Shown: one piece after another, positions 34,340 to 47,266 of the stretch
Layout: each line of letters begins with the position of its first letter
Position numbering within the stretch: position 1 is the first letter of the stretch
Assembly (NCBI GenBank): GCA_039917855.1
Contig: JBDSIR010000107.1
Location: 1 to 63,558, forward strand
Reading direction: 5' to 3'
Source: Gemmatimonadales bacterium
Lineage (GTDB): Bacteria > Gemmatimonadota > Gemmatimonadetes > Gemmatimonadales > GWC2-71-9
Length of the DNA stretch: 63,558 bases
Program-made: the position numbers and the translations under genes
Notes under the pieces: generated by a model
What the model saw: the letters and a program-made list of their open reading frames with translations, nothing else
Told to the model about the DNA's origin: nothing
Database searches by the model: none

Positions 34340-35596
34340 CTACGCCGCTTGCGCCCTGTTCGGATCGAACTCCGACCCGGGGGTATACTCGCCTTCCCAC
34401 CGCCCCATCACGGCGGTTGCGAGGCAGTTGCCGACGAGATTGGTCATCGTGCGCGCCATGTCCATCAGCTCGTCGACGCCGAGGATCACCGCGATCCCTT
34501 CGATCGGCAGCCCGAAGGCGGTGAGCGTCCCGGCCAGCACCACGAGGGAAGCGCGCGGCACCGCGGCGATACCCTTCGAGGTGATGAGCAGCATGAACAT
34601 CATCAGCAGCATCTGGCCGAGCGAGAGGTGGACCCCCGCGGCCTGCGCCACGAAGATCGAGGCGACGCCGAGGTAGAGCGTGGATCCGTCGAGGTTGAAC
34701 GAATATCCCGTGGGTATCACGAAGGCGACGATCGGTCGCGGGACGCCGAATGCGGTCATGTTCTGGATCGCCAGCGGCAGCGCGGCGTCGGAACTGGTGG
34801 TGCTGAACGCCACGATCGCCGGGTCTTTCACCGCCCGGTAGAAGCTCCTGAACGGGATACGCATGAAATACATCACCGGCACGAAGGCGATCAGCGCGAA
34901 GACGATCAGCGCACCATAGAGCGTCAGGACCAGCGTGGCGAGGTTCCTCAGCACGCCGATGCCGCTGTGGCTCACCGTGACCGCGAGCGCCGCGCCGATG
35001 CCGATGGGGGCGTACTTCATCACGATCCCGACGAACTTGAACATCACCTCCATCAGCCCCTCGACCCACCGGAGCATCGCCTGCTTCGGTTCCCCCTTGA
35101 TCAGTGCAAGGCTGACGCCGAACAGCACGCTCCAGAACACCACCTGCAGCACGTCGTTGTGCACCGCGGCGTCGAAGAAGCTCACCGGGATCAGGTGCTC
35201 GACGAAGCCGATGAAGGTCGTGGGCACCGCGCGCGGGATCGCTGCCGCGGTGGTCGCGTCGGGGGGCGGGATCAGGACACCCACCCCGGGGTGTGTCAGG
35301 TGGGGTGCGATGAGGCCGATGATGAGCGCGAGACCCGTCATCGCCCAGAAGTAGAGCAGCGACTTCCAGGCCAGCCGTCCGACCCGGCGGAGATCGTCGC
35401 CCTGGCCTGCGATCCCCATCACCAGCGTGCCGAAGAGGATCGGCGCAATGACCGACTTGATCATCCGCAAGAACGCCGTCGAGAGGGGCTTCAGGTCGGC
35501 GGCGAAATCGGGATAGAGCCAGCCCAGCAGGGCGCCGAGGACCATCCCGATGAAGATCCAGAGGGTGAAGCTGATTCGGCGCAACATTCCGAACAT
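34340..35596 (-). CDS. Dicarboxylate/amino acid:cation symporter (DAACS family, GltP/DctA-like)
   Basis: ORF 34340-35596(-), 418 aa. Multi-pass membrane protein. Family-typical segments SSDAALPL, GYSFNLDGSTLY and AAVPRASLVVL. Confidence 0.9.
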   Translation of the reverse strand: MFGMLRRISFTLWIFIGMVLGALLGWLYPDFAADLKPLSTAFLRMIKSVIAPILFGTLVMGIAGQGDDLRRVGRLAWKSLLYFWAMTGLALIIGLIAPHLTHPGVGVLIPPPDATTAAAIPRAVPTTFIGFVEHLIPVSFFDAAVHNDVLQVVFWSVLFGVSLALIKGEPKQAMLRWVEGLMEVMFKFVGIVMKYAPIGIGAALAVTVSHSGIGVLRNLATLVLTLYGALIVFALIAFVPVMYFMRIPFRSFYRAVKDPAIVAFSTTSSDAALPLAIQNMTAFGVPRPIVAFVIPTGYSFNLDGSTLYLGVASIFVAQAAGVHLSLGQMLLMMFMLLITSKGIAAVPRASLVVLAGTLTAFGLPIEGIAVILGVDELMDMARTMTNLVGNCLATAVMGRWEGEYTPGSEFDPNRAQAA

Positions 35597-35611
35597 GGGC
35601 GATCGACTCTC

Positions 35612-36718
35612 TTACGTGGTGGTGAGGGCGCCGGCCTTCGCCACGATGCCGGCGAGCAGGCTCTGGTAGCTGGCGGCGAACTTCTGCACGCCGTCGGTCT
35701 CGAGGAATTCGGTGACCTGGACGAGGTCGATGCCGAGGGTGGAGAGCTGCGCGAGCATCGCCTCCGCGCCATGCACGTGGGCCGCGATCCGCGCGGTCGG
35801 GTGCCCGTGATCGCGATACGCCGCGAAGGTGTCGGGAGGGAGCGTGTTCACGGTATGGGCCGCGACCAGCGCTTCCACATAGTAGGTGTCGGGGTACTTC
35901 GGATCCTTGGTGCTGGTCGAGGCCCAGAGCGGTCGCTGCAACTGGGCGCCGTGCTTCGCCAGTGCCTCCCATCGTGGCCCGCGGAACGCCGCCTCGAATA
36001 CGCCATACGCCGCCGCGGCGTTGGCGATCGCGACGGTCCCGCGGACCTCCGCGCCGGCGGCACCCTTCTGGTCGAGCATCGGGTCGATCCTGCCGTCCAC
36101 CCGGCTCACGAAGAAACTCGCCACCGACGAAAGCCGGTCCACCGGCTGGCCCGCCGCCACTCGCCGCTCGACCCCCTGGAAGAACGCCTCGATCACCTCG
36201 CGGTGACGCGCCACCGCAAAGAGCAGGGTGACGTTGATGTTGATCCCGCGCGCGAGACACTCGGCGATCGCCGGCAGCCCGGCCTTGGTCCCCGGGATCT
36301 TGATCATCACGTTGGGTCGAGCCACCCGGTCCCAGAGCCGCTGCGCCTCGGCGATGGTGCCGGTAGTGTCGTGCGCGAGGGTCGGGGACACCTCCAATGA
36401 CACGGTGCCGTCGCCGGTCTTCCGCGCCTCCCAGACCGGTCGGAACACGTCGCACGCCGCCTGCACGTCCGCCACCGCCAACGCCTCGAAGGTCTCGGCC
36501 GCATTCTTCCCCTCGGCCGTGAGCCGCCGGATGTCGGCATCGTAATCGATCGAGCCTGCCACGGCCTTCTCGAAGATGGTCGGATTCGACGTCATCCCGA
36601 GGAGACCGTCCTCACGGATCAGCCGCGCGAGCTCGCCCGAGCGGACGAGGTCGCGGGTGATGAAGTCGTACCACGGACTTTGGCCGAGCTGCCCCAGAGT
36701 GACGAGGGGATTGGTCAC
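35612..36718 (-). CDS. tal: Transaldolase
   Basis: Frame of ORF 35612-37879. Start set to GTG 36716-36718 ([23 protein letters not shown]) within a GTGA overlap with the tkt stop. Motifs [27 protein letters not shown]. Confidence 0.9.
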   Translation of the reverse strand: MTNPLVTLGQLGQSPWYDFITRDLVRSGELARLIREDGLLGMTSNPTIFEKAVAGSIDYDADIRRLTAEGKNAAETFEALAVADVQAACDVFRPVWEARKTGDGTVSLEVSPTLAHDTTGTIAEAQRLWDRVARPNVMIKIPGTKAGLPAIAECLARGININVTLLFAVARHREVIEAFFQGVERRVAAGQPVDRLSSVASFFVSRVDGRIDPMLDQKGAAGAEVRGTVAIANAAAAYGVFEAAFRGPRWEALAKHGAQLQRPLWASTSTKDPKYPDTYYVEALVAAHTVNTLPPDTFAAYRDHGHPTARIAAHVHGAEAMLAQLSTLGIDLVQVTEFLETDGVQKFAASYQSLLAGIVAKAGALTTT

Positions 36719-38763
36719 AAGGTCCTCCCTGCGATGACGGTGCGGGCGATCTCCGCCATACGCGCCGAGGTGAGACCGAATTCCTGATACAGCCGCTCCG
36801 CGGGGGCGGACGCGCCGAAATGATCGAGGCCGAGCGCGCGGCCGGCGCTCCCGACCCAGCGGTCCCAGCCGACGGTCGCGGCGGCTTCCATCGAGACCCG
36901 GGCAGTGATGCCCGGGGGAAGCACCTGATCGCGATATGCCTGCGGCTGGGCCGCGAAGAGTTCCCACGACGGCATCGAAACGACGCGCGCCGGGATCCCG
37001 TCCTTCTCGAGGAGATCCGCCGCACCGAGCGCGATGGAGACCTCGGAACCGGTGGCCATCAGGATGACCTTCGGGGAGGCTGACGCCTCCCTCAACACGT
37101 ACGCGCCCTGGCGGACGCCGGTCGCGGGGGCGAGCACGCTCCGGTCGAGTACCGGGAGCTTCTGCCGCGTGAGTGCCAGCACCGATGGGCCATCCTTCCG
37201 CTCCAGCGCGAGACGCCAGCACTCCGCGGTCTCGGTCGCATCCGCCGGGCGGAACACCCGGACGTTCGGCGTCGCCCTGAGGGTCACGAGCTGTTCGATG
37301 GGCTGGTGGGTCGGGCCATCCTCGCCGACCCCTATCGAATCGTGCGTCAGCACATAGATCACCGGCAGCTTGCTCACCGCCGAGAGTCGGAGCGCCGGCT
37401 TGAGATAGTCGACGAAGATCAGGAAGGTCGCCGCGAAGGGGCGTATCCCGCCGTGGGCCGCGATGCCATTGCAGGCCGCGGCCATTGCGTGCTCCCGGAT
37501 ACCCCAATGCACGTTGCGTCCCGCGAGGTCCGCCGTGAAATCGCCGCCGCCCTTGATCACCGCACCGTTGGAGCCCGCCAGGTCGGCGGAACCGCCCAGG
37601 AAATTGGGCAGCGCCTTCGCCACCGCCTCGATCACCGCCTGGCTCGCCTGACGGGTGGCGAGACCCTTCTCCCCCGCAAAGGTGGGGAGCGCGGCATCCC
37701 AGCCGATGGGGAGGTCGCCCGCCATCCACTGCTCGAACTCGGCGGCCTCGACCGGGAAGGCCCGGCTGTAGGCCAGGAACTTCTTGCGCCACGCCTTGTG
37801 CTCCCGACCCGCGCGCCGTCCCACTTTGGCCATGTGGTCGGTCACTTCGGCCGGCACGTGGAAGGGGTCCTGCGGCCACCCGAGGATCTCCTTGGTCGCC
37901 TTGACCTCGGCGGCGCCGAGCGGCGCACCGTGGGCGGCCGCGGTCCCTTTCTTGGTGGGAGCGGGGTCGGCGATCACGGTGCGAAGGATGATGAGGGTGG
38001 GGCGGTCGTTCTCGCGCCGGGCCGCGGAATAGGCGCGCTGCAGCGCCTTGAGGTCATTCCCCGAAGAGACCCGCAGCACCTTCCAACCATATGCGCTGAA
38101 ACGCTTGTGTACGTCTTCGCTGAACGAGAGGTCGGTGCTGCCGTCGATGGTGATGCGGTTGTCGTCATAGAGCAGGCAGAGCTTGCCGAGCCGGAGGTGA
38201 CCGGCGAGGCTCGCCGCCTCGCTCGCGATCCCTTCCATCAGGTCGCCGTCGCTCACGAAGGCCCACACCCGATGGTCCACGACGTCGAACTCGGGGCGGT
38301 TGAATCGCTGGGCCAGGAACCGCTCCGCCATCGCCATCCCCACCGAGTTCGCCACGCCCTGACCGAGGGGGCCGGTGGTCACCTCGACGCCGGGGGTATG
38401 CCCCCGCTCGGGGTGGCCGGGAGTGTTGGAGCCCCACTGCCGGAACTGCCGAATGTCCTCGAGTGAGACCTCGTACCCGGTCAGGTGGAGCATCGAGTAG
38501 AGGAGCATCGACGCGTGCCCGCACGACAGGACGAACCGGTCGCGGTCGGCCCAGTCAGGGGTGGCGGGGTCGAAGCGGAGGGCTTTGCTCCAGAGCATGT
38601 ACGCCGCGGGCGCCAGGGCCATCGGCGTCCCCGGATGCCCGGATTGCGACTGCTCGACTGCGTCCATCGCCAGGACCTTGATCGTGTTGATCGAGGCCCA
38701 GGCGGATGCGTCCGCGGCGGCCGGGAGGCCAGGGGTGGTCGAGCTCTCGGAGGGAGCGGTCAC
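36715..38763 (-). CDS. tkt: Transketolase
   Basis: Frame of ORF 36715-38955. Start tentatively GTG 38761-38763 (VTAPSESS..), with alternative ATG 38859. Motifs [51 protein letters not shown]. Confidence 0.9.
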   Translation of the reverse strand: MTAPSESSTTPGLPAAADASAWASINTIKVLAMDAVEQSQSGHPGTPMALAPAAYMLWSKALRFDPATPDWADRDRFVLSCGHASMLLYSMLHLTGYEVSLEDIRQFRQWGSNTPGHPERGHTPGVEVTTGPLGQGVANSVGMAMAERFLAQRFNRPEFDVVDHRVWAFVSDGDLMEGIASEAASLAGHLRLGKLCLLYDDNRITIDGSTDLSFSEDVHKRFSAYGWKVLRVSSGNDLKALQRAYSAARRENDRPTLIILRTVIADPAPTKKGTAAAHGAPLGAAEVKATKEILGWPQDPFHVPAEVTDHMAKVGRRAGREHKAWRKKFLAYSRAFPVEAAEFEQWMAGDLPIGWDAALPTFAGEKGLATRQASQAVIEAVAKALPNFLGGSADLAGSNGAVIKGGGDFTADLAGRNVHWGIREHAMAAACNGIAAHGGIRPFAATFLIFVDYLKPALRLSAVSKLPVIYVLTHDSIGVGEDGPTHQPIEQLVTLRATPNVRVFRPADATETAECWRLALERKDGPSVLALTRQKLPVLDRSVLAPATGVRQGAYVLREASASPKVILMATGSEVSIALGAADLLEKDGIPARVVSMPSWELFAAQPQAYRDQVLPPGITARVSMEAAATVGWDRWVGSAGRALGLDHFGASAPAERLYQEFGLTSARMAEIARTVIAGRTL

Positions 38764-38957
38764 GGGCGGACTCCGGGGGACGCGCGGGGGTGGCAGAACG
38801 GGCGGAAAAGTAACCCCGGACCGTGGGTCCCGGCACCACACTCCCTGGTCCCAGGCCATTGTCACTGGGTGGCTGGGTGGGGCGCATAGCGGACCAGGCG
38901 CAACCCGGCTATTTTCGGCACCCAGGACCCGTTGGACGTTCACTCCCTGAGGCATCG

Positions 38958-39458
38958 ATGAGCGAAGAACCCGGCTACATGAAGGCCCTCCGAGCCGCGC
39001 AGGCGAAGAAGCAGACGACCACTCCCGCGCGCACAGGTGGCAAGCACACTGCGACCCCCGAAGAGACCGAGGCGCTTCGGTGGGCCCGCGAGGTGGCGAA
39101 GGAAGAGCTCTCTGGCACTCCGGGGATGGGAGGCGCCGGCGCGGCGTTCCTCTATTCGCCTCGCGCGTTCAGCGGGAAGGCACCGATCATCCTGCAGGGG
39201 GTGAAGGACCGGGCCGCGCTGACCCAGCGGGTGATCAGCGCTGGCACGGCGAGCGAGACGGTACTCGGGTGCTACGACGTCGGGGCGCGCCGGCAGCTCA
39301 ACTGGAAGGCCGAGGGTGGCACCATCACCTTCGAGGAGGGGGCGGCCCGTAAGCTTCCGGCCCAGCCCGATCCGGCCAAGATGCTCCGCGCGGCGATGAA
39401 ACAGGCCGAGATCGACAAGAAGACCCGCAAGGTGGATCAGCGCGACCGGGGGCGGTAG
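38958..39458 (+). CDS. Hypothetical protein (166 aa)
   Basis: Frame of ORF 38823-39458. Start at ATG 38958 ([18 protein letters not shown]). Lys/Glu-containing, coding-like. No motif recognised. Confidence 0.55.
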   Translation: MSEEPGYMKALRAAQAKKQTTTPARTGGKHTATPEETEALRWAREVAKEELSGTPGMGGAGAAFLYSPRAFSGKAPIILQGVKDRAALTQRVISAGTASETVLGCYDVGARRQLNWKAEGGTITFEEGAARKLPAQPDPAKMLRAAMKQAEIDKKTRKVDQRDRGR

Positions 39459-39602
39459 ACGGTAAGGCGGTAGGGCGGTAGGAGTTGCCCCAGCGCCGGA
39501 ACCGTCCCGAGTGGAACGAGGGACCTACTTTGTGCAGCGTAGGTCCCTCGCGTCGCTCGGGACGGTTCCGGCGCTCTGCCTTACCGCCTTACCGCCCTAC
39601 CG
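39451..39602. repeat. Near-perfect 152-bp palindrome: STR arm / two-tier REP-like hairpin / STR arm
   Basis: GGCGGTAGACGGTAAGGCGGTAGGGCGGTAGG at 39451-39482. Outer stem CAGCGCCGGAACCGTCCCGAG / CTCGGGACGGTTCCGGCGCT and inner stem GAGGGACCTAC / GTAGGTCCCTC, together at 39491-39578. CCTTACCGCCTTACCGCCCTACCG at 39579-39602. Confidence 0.85.
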
Positions 39603-39668
39603 ATTAGGTTCCCCCCGTCCCAGGGCTGGATCGTCCGGCCTCAGGACCTGTACCCGAACCCCGATCCC

Positions 39669-40139
39669 GTGCCCCGCAGGCGTCGTAATCGCGGTGGTGC
39701 CGCTCCCGAGCCGGTCACCGCAAGCTCGTTCCGGACATCCTCGACCAAGTCGATGGAAGGGAACCGTGAGTGGCTCCTCGAGCACCACGGTCCGCATTGC
39801 GCGTACTGCGGCAAGACCATCAACCCCGAGGCCGCGACGCTCGATCACGTGCGTCCGCGGAAGGGACAGAAGGCGTACGACCGGCTCGACAACCTCGTGA
39901 TCGCCTGCCGCGAGTGCAACGCCGACAAGGCTGATATGCCGCTGGTGTCGTGGCTCCTGCAGAAGAAGAGTCGCGCGGTCTTCCTCCTCGAGTATGGCTC
40001 GCACCTGTCCGAACCGCTCAAGGAATCGGCCCGTCATGCGCTCGACCGCCCGATGATCGACCTGACCGGCAAGGACTCCGCGGTGTCGACATCGGGGCTC
40101 CGGTTCCGGCGGGGGAAGACCGGGGGGCGGGGACGGTAA
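39669..40139 (+). CDS. HNH endonuclease-domain protein
   Basis: ORF 39669-40139(+), GTG start (alternative ATG 39753). Motif HCAYCGKTI..ATLDHVRPRKG..DNLVIACRECNADK. Confidence 0.8.
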   Translation: MPRRRRNRGGAAPEPVTASSFRTSSTKSMEGNREWLLEHHGPHCAYCGKTINPEAATLDHVRPRKGQKAYDRLDNLVIACRECNADKADMPLVSWLLQKKSRAVFLLEYGSHLSEPLKESARHALDRPMIDLTGKDSAVSTSGLRFRRGKTGGRGR

Positions 40140-40140
40140 G

Positions 40141-40250
40141 GAGTTGAGAGTCTAGAGTCTAGAGTGACTCCACGATGAACGAGAGCCCCCTGCTACTGGC
40201 AAGGGGCTCTGAGCTTTTTCGGAGCAACTCTAAACTCTCAACTCCAGACT

Positions 40251-40258
<8 letters not shown>
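40141..40258. repeat. STR-armed palindrome (GAGTCTAGA-type units) enclosing a terminator hairpin
   Basis: GAGTTGAGAGTCTAGAGTCTAGAGTG at 40141-40166, versus CAACTCTAAACTCTCAACTCCAGACTCTAGACTC at 40225-40258. The right arm contains the TAG stop and last codons of the kgd-like gene. Confidence 0.8.
40182..40219 (+). terminator. Rho-independent terminator after the HNH gene
   Basis: AGAGCCCC-loop-GGGGCTCT, followed by GAGCTTTTT (T-run at 40215-40219). Confidence 0.6.
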
Positions 40259-43934
<3,676 letters not shown>

Positions 43935-44072
43935 GGCAAGCTCCCCTGCTGGGCCATTGTGATCTGCCGCCCTGACCTCCCGGCGGCGAATACGGTAAGA
44001 TAACTGAAGCGGCGGGTGCCACGCAGTCGCGCCACGCCCCCCGGCGATGCCGGTGAACCCCAGGAGAATTCC

Positions 44073-45014
44073 ATGCGCGTAGCCAGCAAGCTGATCCTCC
44101 CGACCCTCGCGGTCGTCATCCTTGGTTCCTGTGGTGGTGGCGGCAGCGACGGCGGGCCCCCTCCGGTCCTCGAAGTGGTGAAATGGACTCCCAGCGGCGA
44201 CAACCAGACCGACACGGTCGGTCAGACGCTGCCCAACGTCATCCGGGTGAAGGCGACGCTCGACGGGGCGCTCGCCGCCGGGATCACGGTCAACTTTACC
44301 GGGGGGAATCTCGGCACGGCCTCGATGGTGACCGGCACCAACGGCATCGCAACCACCACCTGGACCTTGAGTGGCCTCGCGGGGTCGCAATCGGTCACCG
44401 CCACGGTCCCCGGTGCGGTCGGATCACCGCTGGTCTTCCACGCCACCGCGATACCGGACGTCCCGGCTGAGCTCCAGCTGATCTCCGGGGACAGTCAGGT
44501 CGCCGTGGTGACCGCCCTCTTCGGCGCGCACATGGTGGTCCGGGTGGTGGACCAGTTCGGGAATGGGAAAGTGGGCCGATGGGTCTATTGGTCGAAGGCC
44601 GGCCCAGTCGTCCTTGTCTCCGACTCGATCATCACGGGAGACCAGGGTTTCTCCAATCAAATCGTTACCGCGGGCGCTTCGGCCGGACCGGTCGTGGTGA
44701 CCGCGACCACACCTGGTCTGGCCGGTTCACCGCTGGATTTCACGGCGTCGGTCGTAGGCGCAACGATCACGGTCACCGTGGGGAGCAACTTCTTCACCGA
44801 CTCCATCATCAGCATCAGCGCCGGCTCCGCGGTCAGATGGAACTGGACCGGCGGTTCCCATTCGGTGACCTCCGACGGCAGCCCCTCGTTCACCGGCAGC
44901 GCCGTCCAGGCAGCGCCGTTCGTCCTGGGGCCGCTCGTGTTCTCGACCCCGGGGACCTATGCCTATCATTGTTCGGTACATGCAGGAATGACGGGGAAGG
45001 TGATCGTGAACTGA
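44073..45014 (+). CDS. Lipoprotein with two Ig-like (Big) domains and a C-terminal cupredoxin (type-1 copper) domain
   Basis: Frame of ORF 44016-45014. ATG 44073 is preceded by AGGAGA. Lipobox VVILGSC. Candidate copper ligands GGSHSV ... YHCSVHAGM (C-x2-H-x2-M, amicyanin-like spacing). Confidence 0.8.
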   Translation: MRVASKLILPTLAVVILGSCGGGGSDGGPPPVLEVVKWTPSGDNQTDTVGQTLPNVIRVKATLDGALAAGITVNFTGGNLGTASMVTGTNGIATTTWTLSGLAGSQSVTATVPGAVGSPLVFHATAIPDVPAELQLISGDSQVAVVTALFGAHMVVRVVDQFGNGKVGRWVYWSKAGPVVLVSDSIITGDQGFSNQIVTAGASAGPVVVTATTPGLAGSPLDFTASVVGATITVTVGSNFFTDSIISISAGSAVRWNWTGGSHSVTSDGSPSFTGSAVQAAPFVLGPLVFSTPGTYAYHCSVHAGMTGKVIVN

Positions 45015-45054
45015 AGTCCCCCCGTCGCTCGGCGTCCCTCCCCCTGGGCACGCG

Positions 45055-46106
45055 ATGCGCCGCACCACATTGGTCGTCATCCTGATCGCGCTGGCCATCG
45101 GCGCCTCCCTCTTCGTTCGCGCGAGCGGGAGGCGCCCGGTGATCGGTTTTGCCTATGCCCGGACGGGGGCGGCGTATCTCGACCTGGCGCGCTCGGCGCT
45201 GGCCGAGCGCGGCGTGGCGATCCCCGAATTCGTCCACGACTCGGTCTCCCCGCAGGAGACTTCCGACGGAGCCCTCGCCCAGGCGGCGGCCTTCGTCGAC
45301 CGGAACGACGTCGCAGTGGTGGTGGGACCGAGCAACAGCCGGCACGCACTCGCCACCGCGCCGGCGTACAATGCCGCCGGGTTGTCGCACATCGTGCCCA
45401 GCGCCACCAGTCGCCGATTGCGGGACGCCGGGGGAGCGACCTTCACCCTCGTGCCTGACGATTCGGTCGAAGGGGATTTCCTCGCACGGTTCGGCCGCCA
45501 CACGCTCCAGGCCCGACGGGCCGTGGTGTTCTACGTGAATGACGAGTACGGTGAGGGGCTCCGAGCCGGGATCGTGGCCACCTTCGGCGCGATCGGGGGT
45601 GTGATGGAGGAGGCCATCCCGATAGGCGAGGAGATGGATGTGGCAACGCTGATGGCTTCGGTCATGCGGCGCCACCGCCCTGACGTGATCTTCTCCGCCG
45701 CCCGGAGTTACGAGACCGGTCGACTGCTCGGCGCGGCCCGGCAGTACGCGCCGGGGGTCCCGGTCGTGGCCGGCGACGGAGCCTACCTCCCGGCCCAGCC
45801 CGAACGCTTCGCGGGGGGCGACCTCTCGGGGCTCTACGTCCTCTCCTTCTGGGTCTATGACAGTACCGACGCTTCGCACCGGGCCTTCGCCGACCGGGTG
45901 CGCCGGATCCTGGGTACGGAGCCCACACCCGAAGATGCCCTGACCGAGGACGCCTTGGGGTTGGCGACCGCCCTCCGTTCCACGGCCTGACTGGTCACAT
46001 CAGCTTCGGCTCCCAACGTGAATTGCCGCTCGCGATGGTGCGCTTCCGCGCGGGGCGGGCGGAGCGGGTCGACCGCTCCCTTGTGGCGCCTGCGCCATCG
46101 CCTTAG
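45055..46106 (+). pseudogene. LivK-like (type I) periplasmic binding protein, apparently frameshifted near the 3' end
   Basis: ORF 45055-45990 ends ..ATALRSTA*. The conserved C-terminus (HGLTGHISFGSQRELPLAMVRFRAGRAERVD, compare GVTGPIDFRADRPRPFHLGRFV in the paralogue at 46157) continues in another frame from 45981 to TAG 46104-46106. About 17 residues present in the paralogue are missing. Confidence 0.55.
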
Positions 46107-46156
46107 TCTGAGGGCCCCAGCCCCCATTTCCCCCCGTCACAGCCCGGTCGAGATCG

Positions 46157-47266
46157 ATGCAGTCAGCGCGTGAGTGCTTGGCGGGGGCCGTCCTTACCTC
46201 GGTCCTGCTGAGTGCCTGCCATTCCGGGCCACCGACCCCGCCGGTGGTGGGCGTGGCCTATCCGCCCTGGGCGGCCGGCTTCGTCCAGGTGGCCGAGTCG
46301 ACCTTGCGTCACGAGTGGGGCGATACGGCCGTGTTGCCGAGATTTGTGCTCGACGCCGACCAGGCGCCGGAGCGGGTCGATCGCACGGTGGAATGGACCC
46401 AGCAGCTGCTCCGGATCCCCGGGATCTCCATCGTGGTGGGGCCCAGCACCAGCGATGCCGCCCTCGCCGTCGCCCCGATCATCAACGCCGCCGGCCTTCC
46501 CCAGATCATCCCGAACGCGACCAGTCGCCGCCTCGATCAGGCGGGGCCCTGGGTCTTCCGTCTCGTCGGGAACGATTCGGCCGAAGGCGCGTTCCTGGTG
46601 GGTCAGATCCTGAAGCGGTCGGGGCTCCGGCGCGTCCTCGTGCTTTACGTCAACGATGAATATGGCCAGGGGCTGCGCGCCGGAGTGTTCGAGGAGCTCG
46701 CCCGCGCCGGACTCACCCCGACCGCGGAGCTCCCGGTCTCGAAGGAGAGCGATTTCGAGCTCTTGCTCCGCAATGAATTCACCCAGCGGCGTCCCGACGC
46801 CATCGTGGGTGCGTTCCGCAATCCGGAGCTCGCCCTCGCTAGTGTGGTCCTCGTCCGGATGAGGGTGCGCATCCCGGTCTTCGTGGGCGATGGAGCCTTC
46901 GGGCCACGGGCCCTCTTCGGAGCGGTCGGCGCTCTCCCGTTCGAAGTGTACGCTGTGGGAGGCTGGCTCCGGGCCGACGCCGACAGCATGGGGCGCGAGT
47001 ACATCCGTCGATTCCATCGCATCCGTGGAGGGTTGCCCCGACCGGAGGATGCGATGATCCACGATGCGCTCATGATCGCCGCGACCGCGACGCGTGAAAG
47101 CCACGGAGATCCCCGAAAGATGCGGCACTGGCTCCTTTCCCTCGGCCTCACTCGGCCATCGTTCAGGGGAGTCACTGGCCCGATCGACTTCCGCGCCGAT
47201 CGACCGCGCCCCTTCCACCTCGGTCGCTTCGTCCACGACAGCGCCGTCGGCGCCGAGCTCCCGTGA
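46157..47266 (+). CDS. LivK-like (type I) periplasmic binding lipoprotein
   Basis: ORF 46157-47266(+). Lipobox LLSAC. Motifs IVVGPSTSDAALAVAPIINAAGLPQIIPNATS and VLVLYVNDEYGQGL. Confidence 0.8.
   Translation: MQSARECLAGAVLTSVLLSACHSGPPTPPVVGVAYPPWAAGFVQVAESTLRHEWGDTAVLPRFVLDADQAPERVDRTVEWTQQLLRIPGISIVVGPSTSDAALAVAPIINAAGLPQIIPNATSRRLDQAGPWVFRLVGNDSAEGAFLVGQILKRSGLRRVLVLYVNDEYGQGLRAGVFEELARAGLTPTAELPVSKESDFELLLRNEFTQRRPDAIVGAFRNPELALASVVLVRMRVRIPVFVGDGAFGPRALFGAVGALPFEVYAVGGWLRADADSMGREYIRRFHRIRGGLPRPEDAMIHDALMIAATATRESHGDPRKMRHWLLSLGLTRPSFRGVTGPIDFRADRPRPFHLGRFVHDSAVGAELP

Noticed and set aside
34253-36455. 715-aa (+) and 728-aa (-) ORFs overlapping the DAACS transporter and transaldolase genes
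   Set aside because: Both are out-of-frame or antisense to genes with clear family motifs. Their compositions are extreme in R, G, H, D and P, with no hydrophobic cores or motifs.
36719-37879. Upstream part of the 755-aa ORF containing transaldolase (apparent tkt-tal fusion)
   Set aside because: It is out of frame with respect to transketolase, whose motifs occupy this DNA. The transaldolase N-terminus (VTNPLV..) starts at the GTGA overlap at 36715-36718.
43935-44390. N-terminal 152-codon extension of the 1379-aa kgd ORF
   Set aside because: The extension is low-complexity, overlaps the start of the divergent cupredoxin gene and precedes the conserved N-terminus (..NAGFAQALYEDYL). A GTG at 43934 gives the 1227 aa expected for Kgd/OdhA.
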